This document shows, in pieces, positions 13,351 to 55,831 of a DNA stretch of 64,000 nucleotides (positions within the stretch are counted from its first letter, which is position 1; the number at the start of each line of letters is the position of its first letter). Origin of the DNA: Tubiluchus corallicola (lineage: Eukaryota > Animalia > Priapulida). Below the pieces are notes generated by a model. That model ran no database searches and had not been told where the DNA came from. It worked only from the letters and a program-made list of their open reading frames with translations. A program made the position numbers and the translations under genes. The stretch covers positions 248,001-312,000 of the forward strand of contig JAQGDQ010000242.1 of assembly GCA_030141605.1 (NCBI GenBank). The letters run 5' to 3'.

Positions 13351-13758
13351 CAGTGTTCCCTTGCTACTTCGCGGTTCGTTTATCGCGGACTCGCTGTTTT
13401 GCGGGTTTCCAAAAATATTAATATAAAATATTTTTCGCGGTATTTTCGCTGTTTTGCGGGTTTTTGCGGTACTCTGTCTAAAGTATTTTTGCACATGCGT
13501 AGTACGTATTGTACAGTAAATGTGAAGTGAATGAAGACGTGAATGATCTGCTTGACATAAAACATTTTTATGAACATTTATGTACAGTATGGGAAAAGTT
13601 ATTAAGGGAATGGGAAAGGGTTATGTATAAGAGTGTGGGGAGGGTTTATAAAAACTTAAAATAATGTATAACTACTAAAATACGTATAACGTCCCTACTT
13701 TGCGGAAATTCACTTTCGGGCCTGAAACGGAACACCCACGATAAGTGAGGGAACACTG
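13351..13758. mobile_element. Tc1/pogo (Tigger-like) MITE
   Basis: TA|CAGTGTTCCCT at 13349-13361 and the inverted AGGGAACACTG at 13748-13758 (followed by CA, probably a mutated TA); no ORF. Confidence 0.75.
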
Positions 13759-14805
13759 CATAACAGTAGCACAGAGACATTATAGCGGTGAAACATTGTG
13801 TTTGAGTAATAGTTATGTAGACGTAAAGTGCCTGGAGACGTGAATGATCTGCTTGACATAAAACATTTTTATGAACATTTAAGTAAAGCTTTTGAAAGGT
13901 ACATGTACAGTATGAGAAAAGTTATCAAAGGAATGGGAAAGGGTTATGTATAAGAGTGTGGGGAGGGTTTATAAAAACTTAAAATAATCTATAACTACTA
14001 AAATACGTATAGCGTCCCTACTTCGCGGAAATTCACTTTCGGGCCTGAAACGGAACACCCACGATAAGTGAGGGAACACTGCATAACAGTAGCACAGAGA
14101 CATTATAGCGGTGAAACATTGTGTTTGAGTAATAGTTATGTAGACGTAAAGTGCCTGGAGACGTGAATGATCTGCTTGACATAAAACATTTTTATGAACA
14201 TTTAAGTAAAGCTTTTGAAAGGTACATGTACAGTATGAGAAAAGTTATCAAAGGAATGGGAAAGGGTTATGTATAAGAGCGTGGGGAGGGTTTATAAAAA
14301 CTTAAAATAATGTATAACTTCTAAAATACGTATAGCGTCCCTACTTCGCGGAAATTCACTTTCGGGCCTGAAACGGAACACCCACGATAAGTGAGGGAAC
14401 ACTGCATAACAGTAGCACAGAGACATTATAGCGGTGAAACATTGTGTTTAAGTAATAGTTATGTAGACGTAAAGTGCCTGGAGACGTGAATGATCTGCTT
14501 GACATAAAACATTTTTATGAACATTTAAGTAAAGCTTTTGAAAGGTACATGTACAGTATGAGAAAAGTTATCAAAGGAATGGGAAAGGGTTATGTATAAG
14601 AGCGTGGGGAGGGTTTATAAAAACTTAAAATAATGTATAACTTCTAAAATACGTATAGCGTCCCTACTTCGCGGAAATTCACTTTCGGGCCTGAAACGGA
14701 ACACCCACGATAAGTGAGGGAACACTGCATAACAGTAGCACAGAGACATTATAGCGGTGAAACATTGTGTTTAAGTAATAGTTATGTAGATGTAAAATGC
14801 CTGGA
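13535..14805. repeat. 323-bp tandem repeat, 4 units (MITE right arm plus flank)
   Basis: agacgtgaatgatctgcttgac starts at 13535, 13836, 14159 and 14482 (periods 301, 323, 323); copies are nearly identical. Confidence 0.95.
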
Positions 14806-14855
14806 AAGATTAGAAACAGTAAGATTTATCCATTTCTCCAAGCCAAAAAACTCAA
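14755..14855 (+). pseudogene. Decayed THAP-like N-terminus, probably from a DNA transposon
   Basis: Frameshifted reading VKHCV*VI/YVDVKCLERLETVRFIHFSKPKN resembles the transposon THAP start MVKRCAWG.C..D.RYPERL..V.FIPFPKPK. Confidence 0.45.
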
Positions 14856-15423
14856 ACAAATCTGCTGCTGAAAAAATCTCTCCCAGCTAGGTAGATAACA
14901 ATTGCTCCAGTGGCCACATTGTTGGCAAATACAGTCTGGCCTAAAAACAATGGTGCTGTGGTATGAAAGCACAGTTTCTAGAGCCATTATTTTTCGGTTA
15001 GATAATTTGCTTTGAAGATTTCATTTTCAGGTTTAGGGTTTTTGGTGCTATGGCAGTGATTATATTAAGTAATTCATACGCTTATTGTAAAGTTGTACGT
15101 TAGAAGTAACTTGTTTTAGTTTCTACAGACAACAATGAGTCGTTGTCATGCTATCTATATCTTTTAAAAGTATATAATAACAGCTTTTATTTTGGTTATA
15201 CAAGCTTACCTAGATAAAATTATAGCCATTTATTATTTACTTTTCTCAAGAGTGTGTACTTACTGCCAAAGTGTGGAATTTATGCTTACTGTCGTGTTAC
15301 AAATGTTTTTATAATTCCCCATGTCAGGTACAAAGTTCATTACACCATTGTTAATACTGATCTGCTGACTTTTACATTTAGTTTTCAAGTGGAGCATTTA
15401 ACACAACTTGCATAATTGTAATA

Positions 15424-18400
15424 ATGAGGACTTCGGCGTCTGTGATAGTTTTGACTGTGATTGCTGCTTCTGCAGCATTGGTGTCAGCAACTACATTTAA
15501 GGACTGTGGTGAGTTATTCATTTGTGTACATGCTTTCACTAGTAATTGTCCTAGGTCTATGTGAGACACTAATTTGCTGCAACAGTGACATTTTATAGGC
15601 TTTCACTAGTAATTGTCCTACGTCTATGTGAGACACTAATTCGCTGCATTCGATTAATCTGAAGATCATTTTCCAAGTTTTCCATTCGATTTGTGTAAGT
15701 TTAATTTTTTGCAACATTTTAAATTTTTATGTAAATTGTTTCATATTGATATCACACACCTTCAGGTTCTTTCATTTTAAAATAGCAAACAAAGTTAAGG
15801 TAATTGTGTTCTATCCATAAAATTGCAAAATCGTAAGAAGGAGGCAGTTAAAGTGCCGAGGGTGTTGCCATTCAATAACTTAGGCAATGTTGATTAGCAC
15901 TTGGGTGGGTGTCCAATTGTATTAGTTTTACATGTTTTTTGTGAAGCATCTCACATCCAGTAGAAGTTTTTGAAATTTAAAGCCATTGATAAACTTAACC
16001 AATATTTGTGGTACTTAACCAATATTTGACCACAAACATCTACGATCCAAAACTTTTAAATGTGTCTTTGAAACTTTTATACAACTGGTGTGTTATATTA
16101 CTTATATTTTGAGTTAATCTAAAGGTACTTCGCGTTGATTTAGGAACTAATGTTTTCATCATATAGCACATTTAATAGCCTTTGCATGGCTATTAGTGGG
16201 CTAAGACATTAGCCATATCAACTAAGTAGGCTTAGTAGGCTTAGACATTTCCTACAATTATTGAATCACAGATAAATAATATATTTATACATCAATAAGT
16301 AATATTAAATTTAAAACCTAACCTGTCTGAAAGAAATGAAATGTGAAAAAATCTGTACAGTGCTTGGATTTGAACCAGGACCTTCCACTTACAAGGCGAA
16401 TGTCATGACTATTAGATTATTACATCCCCATGGTCATGACAGGGCCTCGTTTATTCCTTCAGTTTCTGTAAAACCAACTAATTCAGCATTTCTAAAGGTT
16501 AGTTTACTCATGGTAGAGTAATTCCTAACTTATTAGATTAGTTTCTGTATCTTTCACAGAATATTATTTGCAAGTATTCTGTCGGGTTAAGATTAAAATG
16601 ATTTCCAATTTTCATTTTGGCACTTGTGTTTAGGTAGCAAAACTGGGACACCTACATCAGTAGCTGTTCAGGATTGCCCAACAGTGCCATGTTTATTCCA
16701 TCAAGGAACCAACGAAACTATACAGATATCTTTCACATCTAGTAAGTATATAGACATAAAATTATCTATATACTTTCTTGTAAAATTCACAATTATAATA
16801 ATCTACATGTAGCAATTGACGAAACTGTTTGGAAAGTTGGAAACAAGTAAGTGTTATTAACCTTAAAGAAATCTTGTGTAAAATTTTATTGTTTCGAACC
16901 TAACCTCCTTGAGATTTGGAGAAATCCATTTTCAAACATGTTTTAAATGCGTCTGACATGCCTCAGCTTTCAGTAACGATTACCATTCAGTAATCTTTGA
17001 CTTTCGGCTTGTGAGCCGATCCGAATTTTTTTGCTGCCATAACTTTTGAACTGGCATCATATGTTTCTCATTTTGCAAAGTGGTCTGCATGTTTGCGATT
17101 TAGTACTATCCTTGCATTTAAACTGTTTGTGGTGGATTAGTTGCATACTCTACTATAACTGTTGTATTAAAATTGTTTATCATCAGCTAACTAGATACAC
17201 TAGTAATCTGCTATTCGTATAAGGGAACTGAAAGACAGCAGTCAGTCCTGGAAGGCTAACCTATTTGAGTAGTCCAGAAGAAGACACATCTTCTTTATAG
17301 TCTGAACTTACCTCTGACTTTGGACTTATATTTTTACTTTCAAGCAGTGCGATCCTATTTATGTAATTACCTGTTCACTTGTCAAATCTGAATTTCTAGC
17401 GTCCAACTAAAGGATATATAAAGTATAAAACACACACGTTATTTTATTGCCTATAATTACATATTACTTTTGCTTTTTTAGAAACGGACAGTAACACGTT
17501 AACTGTAATAGTTACTGGGATAATTGCCGGAGTTCCCATTCCCTTTCCATTCCAACATCCTGATGCATGCACAGATTCCGGGGTGAAATGTCCTATAACA
17601 AATGGTGCTTCTTACACATGGAAATCAGTAGTAGCTGTAGACAAGTCGTATCCGAAGGTAAGTAACTGTGTTTGCACTTGTGCATTCTACATGGAATATC
17701 TTAAAAGTTTGAATAAGGCAAATATTTTACTATTGTGATTGTCAGAGCCCTATTATTTGAACAGATATGAGGCACCTCATTTCTACGAACCATGATTCTT
17801 TAGTTGAGTGGTAAGGTTTTGTGGGGTAATTTTACAAATGCGTTCAACGTTCTCTTTCCATCTATATTTTTGTACAGCTTTACATTCATATGTCTTGGTT
17901 TCTGGTCTGTTTGTTTATTCCAGTATTTTATAAACGTCCCGTGGTGCAATAAAACACTGATTTCCAAAGCTGGGCAACACACAAGGCCTAAACATGATAA
18001 CCAATGCTTCGGCTTCAAGCAGGAAACCTATAAGAACCTATTTTTAAGGCAAATGAACTGGTGTTTCTAGGTTCTCGTTATCATTTTGCTTTTGTAAGGT
18101 TTCCAAGGCTATGTTAATACCTCTGCTTAAAGACCTGATGATTGGGATGGTAAACGGAGACTAGAAGAATATAGAAAGGTTTCTGTCCTCGTTTGTTTTG
18201 AGGAAAAACAGTAGCAAGCAAGTTTTTATTGACTTTTTTGATCTTTTATTGTACTAGTATGTTTATTATTAAATAGTCTAGCCTCACTGCAATGAAAAAG
18301 TGATTTTCATCCCACAGCACTGTTCAGACCCATTGTCAGAGTACAAATTTCAAGAAATTCTAAACATTCATCATCGCAGTATTGTTTGTAATGCCGAACT

Positions 18401-18590
18401 CAAACCTCCAAAAATAAGCAATCACGTCATTCCTCCTTATTTCTTCAGGTGATGCTCCTAACGTTCTAACATTTAGCATCATAACATTGTGTTTGATTCA
18501 CAGGTTCAAGTTATCGTGAAAGTTGAACTTCAAGACAGCACGGGAAAAGATGTGGTTTGTGTGGAAATCCCAGCTCAGATTGTTGCGTGA
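15424..18590 (+). CDS. NPC2: NPC intracellular cholesterol transporter 2 / ML-domain protein (4 exons, 151 aa)
   Basis: Exons 15424-15508, 16634-16741, 17482-17657 and 18504-18590. Signal peptide, then FKDCGS..VQDCPTVPCLFHQGTNETIQISFTS..GIIAGVPIPFP..PDACTDSGVKCPI..SYTWKS..VDKSYPKVQVIVKVELQD..VVCVEIP with the six NPC2 cysteines; AATAAA at ~18790. Confidence 0.93.
15532..15648. repeat. ~50-bp direct duplication in NPC2 intron 1
   Basis: gctttcactagtaattgtccta(g/c)gtctatgtgagacactaatt(t/c)gctgca at 15532 and 15599. Confidence 0.85.
16362..16420 (-). mobile_element. Degenerate tRNA-derived (SINE-head-like) fragment
   Basis: Minus strand ...cattcgccttgtaagtggaaggtcctggttcaaatccaag has a B-box-like GGTTCAAATCC but no intact cloverleaf. 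Similar fragments at ~25500-25560 (+) and ~54848-54905 (-). Confidence 0.4.
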
Positions 18591-20575
18591 TTAAGCTGCA
18601 GGGCCCTGCTCATCGATGTGTCGTCTCGTTAGAATTATGTTAACAATTCTTTGTTAAAGAAACTTATTTGGACTGACAGTTTTATTTTGTATCAAAAATT
18701 TTAAAAATACTGAAATATTTGTGCCTGATACTGATTGTATAGAAAATTGCAAGAAGTACGTTTCTACAGTGTCTCTCAAAAAACTATTCAATAAAAAGCA
18801 CCGTACTGATCTAACGCGTGTATTTTTCTTAGGCTATCGAGTGTGATGTAAATGGCCTATAAAGCTACGATTTTCATACAGTAATATACCTTAAGTGCCT
18901 ATTTTATATAATAGAGTGAATATATAATAGAGTATTGTCATTTTTCACACTAGTCGAATTTTTTGTTATTGCTGAGGTTGTGAACTGTTTCTCAAAATTT
19001 GTGAAATTTGTTTTTTGTTGGACCAATTTTCCTGGAGAATTAAAAATAAAAGTCACTGATTTAGATAGCAATGTAGTGCGAATTGTGTTAAGAACCATGA
19101 CAAAACGATGGCAATCTTTTCATTGTGATATTTTTAGAAGGTTGAAAGTTGCTTATACACAAGCTTCTAGTGAAAGTGAAAATTGGGAACTTATATAACT
19201 AGTGAAGGACGCAAGATTATTTGGATTGCTTCTGTGTCATAGCATAAATTTAAATAATTGCAAAATGCTTAGTTTTGTCCTATAACAGATACTAGCAGCA
19301 TTGCCATAATTAAAAAATAAATCGTTTTCAGTATTAAATAATTTGACAGTAATTAAAAGTATTACCAATTCAGAAAATATTATGATAGGAATTAATGTTA
19401 CAAATAATAACTATTTTGTTTCATTACCAGTTCATTGTGACATACTTGACTTTAGATCGATATCAGTGATTTAAATACCGCACATGCACAAGAAAGAAAT
19501 GGCTAACCTGCACATCATTAATACTTCACGTGTGTGTCACTCAAGAGGTTTTGCATGGAACATGGCACCCATTGTTTGTATAATGTTACACTGCTGTTTG
19601 TGTAACAAGGTGACGTCCTTGTTTGCCTCACGTGTGTGAGGCTAGCAATGTTTTTCTTACACGTGCACGGCATTGAAATCTGATACTTTAGAAATTTATT
19701 TTAACATGTTGCCAAAATAAAAGTTGTTTTTGCAGCACTCAAGAGCATGGGTCAAATTTATTATACTGACCACAACTGCAAGCTGTGAAGGCCAGTACAT
19801 TAAGTCAGATATGAATTGGGCAAATATTTTCCCGGAAAATTGATTACATTAGACATTATCTTCGTGTATAATTAGTTGTGTAGTGTTTTCGTAGTCGATA
19901 TATCAAAATTGCTCAATATTAGAAGTCAGTTAAGACCATGCACGTAAATATGAATGAAATGCATTTTGATCTGTGCTAATTAATATGTATTAATTTTGCA
20001 TAATTTTGATTCTAATTCTTTTTGATTAACTCAGTATTAATGTTAGTAAGTTATGCTTTAGTCAAATTTCTGAAAAGCTATATTATAGAGATTTAATTTC
20101 CGTAAACCATTAAAATAATTTATAATTTAATTGTACTTCATACATGTACTACATTTGAAAATGAAACCGGTGTATTATTATACCACTTCATGCTATGCGA
20201 TTTTGCATGTACATGCAATGTTGACGTGAAAAATAAACAATAGAACATTACGTGTGTAATTATTTGTTATATTACATATAATAAAATAAACATGTTTAAA
20301 CACTTGAACAAGCTGTACATCCTAGAACACAATTAACTGACAAAGTACCTAACAATGCCTGTTTATCAAGGAAATTCATTTGATGATTTTGTTTTCCCCT
20401 GACTTTACTACCTTTCCAATATCGCATAACACAGTATTAAAATATTTAATGCCAACTATAGCTCGTCGTCTTCGGGGCGAAAATCTAAACTGGTGACATT
20501 TGAAAGCAACATTTGAAGTCAAGGCATTAAAACCAATCAGTCAGTTTGGCTGAGTTAACCAATACATGACCAAGG

Positions 20576-21895
20576 AATAATTCATTTTTGGGCTAATCGA
20601 TACAATAGAAATCAGTCAATCATTTTCTCGTTTAATCAATGTACTGAAAATCAATAATTCGCTTTTGGGCTAATCGATACAATAGAAATCAGTCGATCAT
20701 TTTCTCGTTTAACCAATAATTCGTTTTTGGGCTAATCGACACAATAGAAAATCAGTCGATCATTTTCTTGTTTAATCAATAATTCGTTTTTGGACTAATC
20801 GATACAATACAAATCAGTTGATCATTTTCTCGCTTAATCAATAATTCGTTTTTGGGCTAATCGATACAACAGAAATCAGTCGATCATTTTCTCGTTTAAC
20901 CAATAATTCGTTTTTGGACTAATCGATACAATACAAATCAGTTGACCATTTTCTCGTTTAATCAATAATTCGTTTTTGGGCTAATCGATACAACAGAAAT
21001 CAGTTCATCATTTTCTCGTTTAATCATTAATTCGTTTTTGGGCTAATCGATACAATAGAAATCAGTCGATCATTTTCTTGTTTAATCAATAATTCGTTTT
21101 TGGGCTAATCGATACAATAGAAATCAGTCGATCATTATCTTGTTTAATCAATAATTCGTTTTTAGGCTAATCGATACAATAGAAATCAGTCGATCATTAT
21201 CTTGTTTAATCAATAATTCGTTTTTGGGCTAATCGATACAATAGAAATCAGTCGATCATTTTCTTGTTTAATCAATAATTCGTTTTTGGGCTAATCGATA
21301 CAATAGAAATCAGTCGATCATTATCTTGTTTAATCAATAATTCGTTTTTGGGCTAATCGATACAATAGAAATCAGTCGATCATTATCTTGTTTAATCAAT
21401 AATTCGTTTTTGGGCTAATCGATACAACAGAAATCAGTCGATCATTATCTTGTTTAATCAATAATTCGTTTTGGGGCTAATCGATACAACAGAAATCAGT
21501 CGATCATTATCTTGTTTAATCAATAATTCGTTTTTGGGCTAATCGATACAATAGAAATCAGTCGATCATTATCTTGTTTAATCAATAATTCGTTTTTGGG
21601 CTAATCGATACAACAGAAATCAGTCGATCATTATCTTGTTTAATCAATAATTCGTTTTTGGGCTAATCGATACAACAGAAATCAGTCGATCATTAGCTTG
21701 TTTAATCAATAATTCGTTTTTGGGCTAATCGATACAACAGAAATCAGTCGATCATTATCTTGTTTAATCAATAATTCGTTTTTGGGCTAATCGATACAAC
21801 AGAAATCAGTCGATCATTATCTTGTTTAATCAATAATTCGTTTTTGGGCTAATCGATACAACAGAAATCAGTCGATCATTATCTTGTTTAATCAA
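20576..21895. repeat. 62-bp minisatellite, about 21 copies
   Basis: Unit aataattcgtttttgggctaatcgatacaa(c/t)agaaatcagtcgatcatt(a/t)tct(t/c)gtttaatc repeated head-to-tail without spacers. Confidence 0.97.
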
Positions 21896-22872
21896 TGTTC
21901 TGGCATTTTAAATTTTGTTCTCTCAAAAATGACTGTTTTCAGTTAAAATTGTCCATGAATGAACACATCACTGGTAAACAAAATGTTACCAAATGACAAA
22001 AAAGAGAGTATAGAAAGAGTTACACTGTCTCACGCTGTTAAGGCATCCTAATACTTCATTAGCAGTTTCTGCATATGAAAAAATTGCAAATATTTTACGA
22101 AACGCTTAAAATCTATGTTTCCAGAGCTTCTCTTACTAAAATATCTTTTTAAAATGCTCACAAGCTGAATGGAGATTAATTCAAGCAGTGAAAGTTATTT
22201 TGCAACCTCAACAAATAACATTTTCTAATATGCATAAACCTAGAACACGAAGCCTGAGAAAATGAAAATTAATTTCAGTTGAATTCCTAACAGCACTGCA
22301 TAGTAAAACAGTAAACTGTATGGCTCCAGATGGGTTACTCGTTTTTTAATCTTTCCTGTGTTATATGAAAACAATTCCAAGGGTATATAAAAAGTTAAAT
22401 TATCACTACACGTTGTGCATGTACCAATGGTTCAGTTTTTCCATATATCACCTCTGACATATACAATGGAGCTTTGACAACAAGGCGACAACTAGATGCT
22501 AATTTTTATCAATTTAACACAGCAAACAGATCACTTAATGAGTAGTACTGCAACATCTTTGTACACAACAGTTAAATAGCAAAATATGGACAATGAAAAA
22601 CTCAACGAAGTAATTCAAAACAATTTTTACAACATACTGAAAATGTGAGAGGGATAATTATTTATATGAAGTAGAAATGGTGGAAAATGCATTCTCCAAT
22701 TGTAACTGTTTTACAGTAAAATTTACATTTTATACATGAGTGCAACATGACAATCCTATGCAAACGACTAGAAACGGATATTTTCCATGCAACCTGCACA
22801 TATGGCACGCGTGTACCACAGCAACATTCAAAAGTGATCCCCGGTAAACAGAAGAAGTCACTCGGTTATCAG

Positions 22873-53229
<30,357 letters not shown>

Positions 53230-55588
53230 TTTAAACAGATCTGTTTTACTACAATACTTGATGCGGCCAGGGTAACCCAGGTTGCAAAATATTCGTATTT
53301 GTTAACATGCCAGTGCGACCAATCTATTTTGCACCGTTTGTTGACTTGCCGAGCTGCCTAGAGCCTAATCACGTAACGCAAAACAACTCATGTCTGTCTC
53401 TATGTGTCTCATTAGATCGTTACTACAAACTCTAGCACTGATTCACCGAGTGCACGTAATTATCACAAATTTACTTATCACAATCAAATCTGTACCGTAG
53501 GCCTTACTTGTATTACATTGTTGTCATCCTCGACTACTAGAAAATAGATGTAACGAATTAATCCAAATAACTGCAATAACACATCGATAATAAGCTATCT
53601 CTGAAAAAGAAACGACGTGTAGCTTTTACAACTACCCGCTAGTACTATAACGTAATAATTGCGGGTTGTTCTTTTTCACAACCAAAATTTCGGCGAACTT
53701 TTCGACACGCTCTATCACAGTTACAGCCGTCCATTTACTAATGATTCTGCAGCGCTTTCGACATCTAGCGGCAGAAGCATCAATTAACGGTTACACAAGT
53801 TCTGTTTCCTCTAGACAGAGTAGAGTAAGTAAACAGAGATTCGTAGGATCCACTAGGCTGCAAAGCCGACTGGCGGATATTACATTCTCTGACTGAGGTC
53901 ATTATGTACATGCCAAGTCACCAAACCCTACTACAACAGGCTAGGTGTTATATTTTAGTAGTACTGCAACTGCTTGATACGATAGAGAAAAAAATGGATA
54001 AATAAATACTCACACAGTGCCATAATAATTATTGTCAGTATAATTATATAATAATAATACAATATATTATAATAATTATAATTTTTCATTGTCTGTTATT
54101 TTTTGTACAGTTTAACCCTTAGTAGTTACTAAGTTTTTTCATTTACTGAACTTGTTTCCTAAAATTTTGATCAAACTTAACTAAAGGTCTAACGTTATCT
54201 GTAAAAGTGAATATTATGAGCATGATTTTTACAAATTAATATATTATCTAAATAACTAAGTAAATGAAATGTGCCAATTGACTTTCATGGTTTCAATATT
54301 TATTGTGTTTTCTGAACTTTTTTCTTTGTAAAGCTCTGCACTGTATTCAAATGTGCTACACACACTGTGTTCACCAAAAAAGAATCAGCATTGGTACAGT
54401 TTAATTATGGGCACTTCGTAAGCTAGAATGCACCATTGCTAGCTTAGGAAAATAAAATAATTAATGAAAAAAATGATGGTCACTATGAGTAATGACGATT
54501 AGTGCAATTTTAATCAATCTCAATCATGCTACTACAGGTACAAAACTTTTCCACTTAAATTCTTATTATTTCTTTATACATGTTTCTCCAAACCAAGGCC
54601 ACTGCAGTCGAAGTGAGGAATTTTAGCTAACTGTGGATATAAGACTACAAGTTATAAAAACTTGAATTCCTACAACTAATTAGCTAGGAACAGGAGGTTC
54701 CTGTTAGTATGCTTCTGGAAGCGAGTGATCGAAGTGGCAGTTAGTATCAAAAAATTAGTTGTCCATGAGAGAAAATAAGTATTTCAAATAATATTCATTT
54801 GTTATCTTAAAGGACAATAGAAAAAGTTGTAAGGAATCTGACCTTAGCCTAGAATTGAACCAGAGACTTTTGAATTGGAAGTTTAGTGCTTAGAGCTAGA
54901 CTGCTTCTGGCCTTGTTGGAATTAAAAAATTTAATACTTCAAGAGTTTCACTTAATTCGTCACGGCGATGAATCATGAGAAAAATGCAATTGTCTTGGTA
55001 GTTTGCTTGCAACAGAAGAGGACATATCAACTATAAAGAAAAAAAGATGTAATGGTGTATCACCATAATTATTCAAAAATCACAATTAAAACTTTTTGAC
55101 ATCAGGAAGATTTATTTTAAAACAAAAATTCGAATGTTCTCATAAGGCAAAGGAAATTATAAATAAGGGCTTCTATCAGAACCTAAAGAATAACCATCGA
55201 TAAGTAAGATAAAAAGGTGTAAGTAAAATAAAGTAAGATAAAGCATTATGCATTTAAATACTTGGACTACTCTTAGAAGATAGCTCTTCAACAAACAATA
55301 AAATCAACCAGAAAACCACCAGGATGACAATTGTTAGCATTATTAGATTTTGCACTGATTTAAACTATTTAGCAGTGATCTTTAGAGATGGAGACACTTC
55401 GTCCATTGCAAAGATTGGGGAGTCCTGCCATAAAGAAACGAACATAATTTTATCTTAGGTCCGCATGATTCAGTAGAAGAATGATGATAGTGATAAAAAA
55501 TTTAATAAAACTTGAGCTTGTCCAGTAGCAAATATCACTAATTAATAAATTGTAACAAAGTTTAGTTATGAATAATAATGATAATAAT

Positions 55589-55783
55589 TGTGCGGGTTTT
55601 GTGTTAATAGTGCTGCTCGTGCGTAAGTAACAGCAGTGCGTTTTCTTGTGAAGAAATGATTACTGTATGTGCCATCTTGCGTTGCTTTCCATTGTGCAAG
55701 TATCTTATGTAATGTCATACATTTACTCATAATAATATTTCCAAGCAACCTAAATATGTGTTCTTGTCTTTGGGAATAAAACA
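55589..55783 (+). repeat. 5' LTR (195 bp)
   Basis: tgtgcgggttttgtg...gggaataaaaca; identical by eye to the 3' LTR. Confidence 0.95.
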
Positions 55784-55831
55784 TGGCGCTGCGAGCTAAC
55801 AAGCCGAGTCAATAAGGGATACTACTTCGAC

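Noticed and set aside
20576-21895. CRISPR-like array
   Set aside because: Head-to-tail units without unique spacers, no cas genes, eukaryotic context; the same applies to the 28-bp array.
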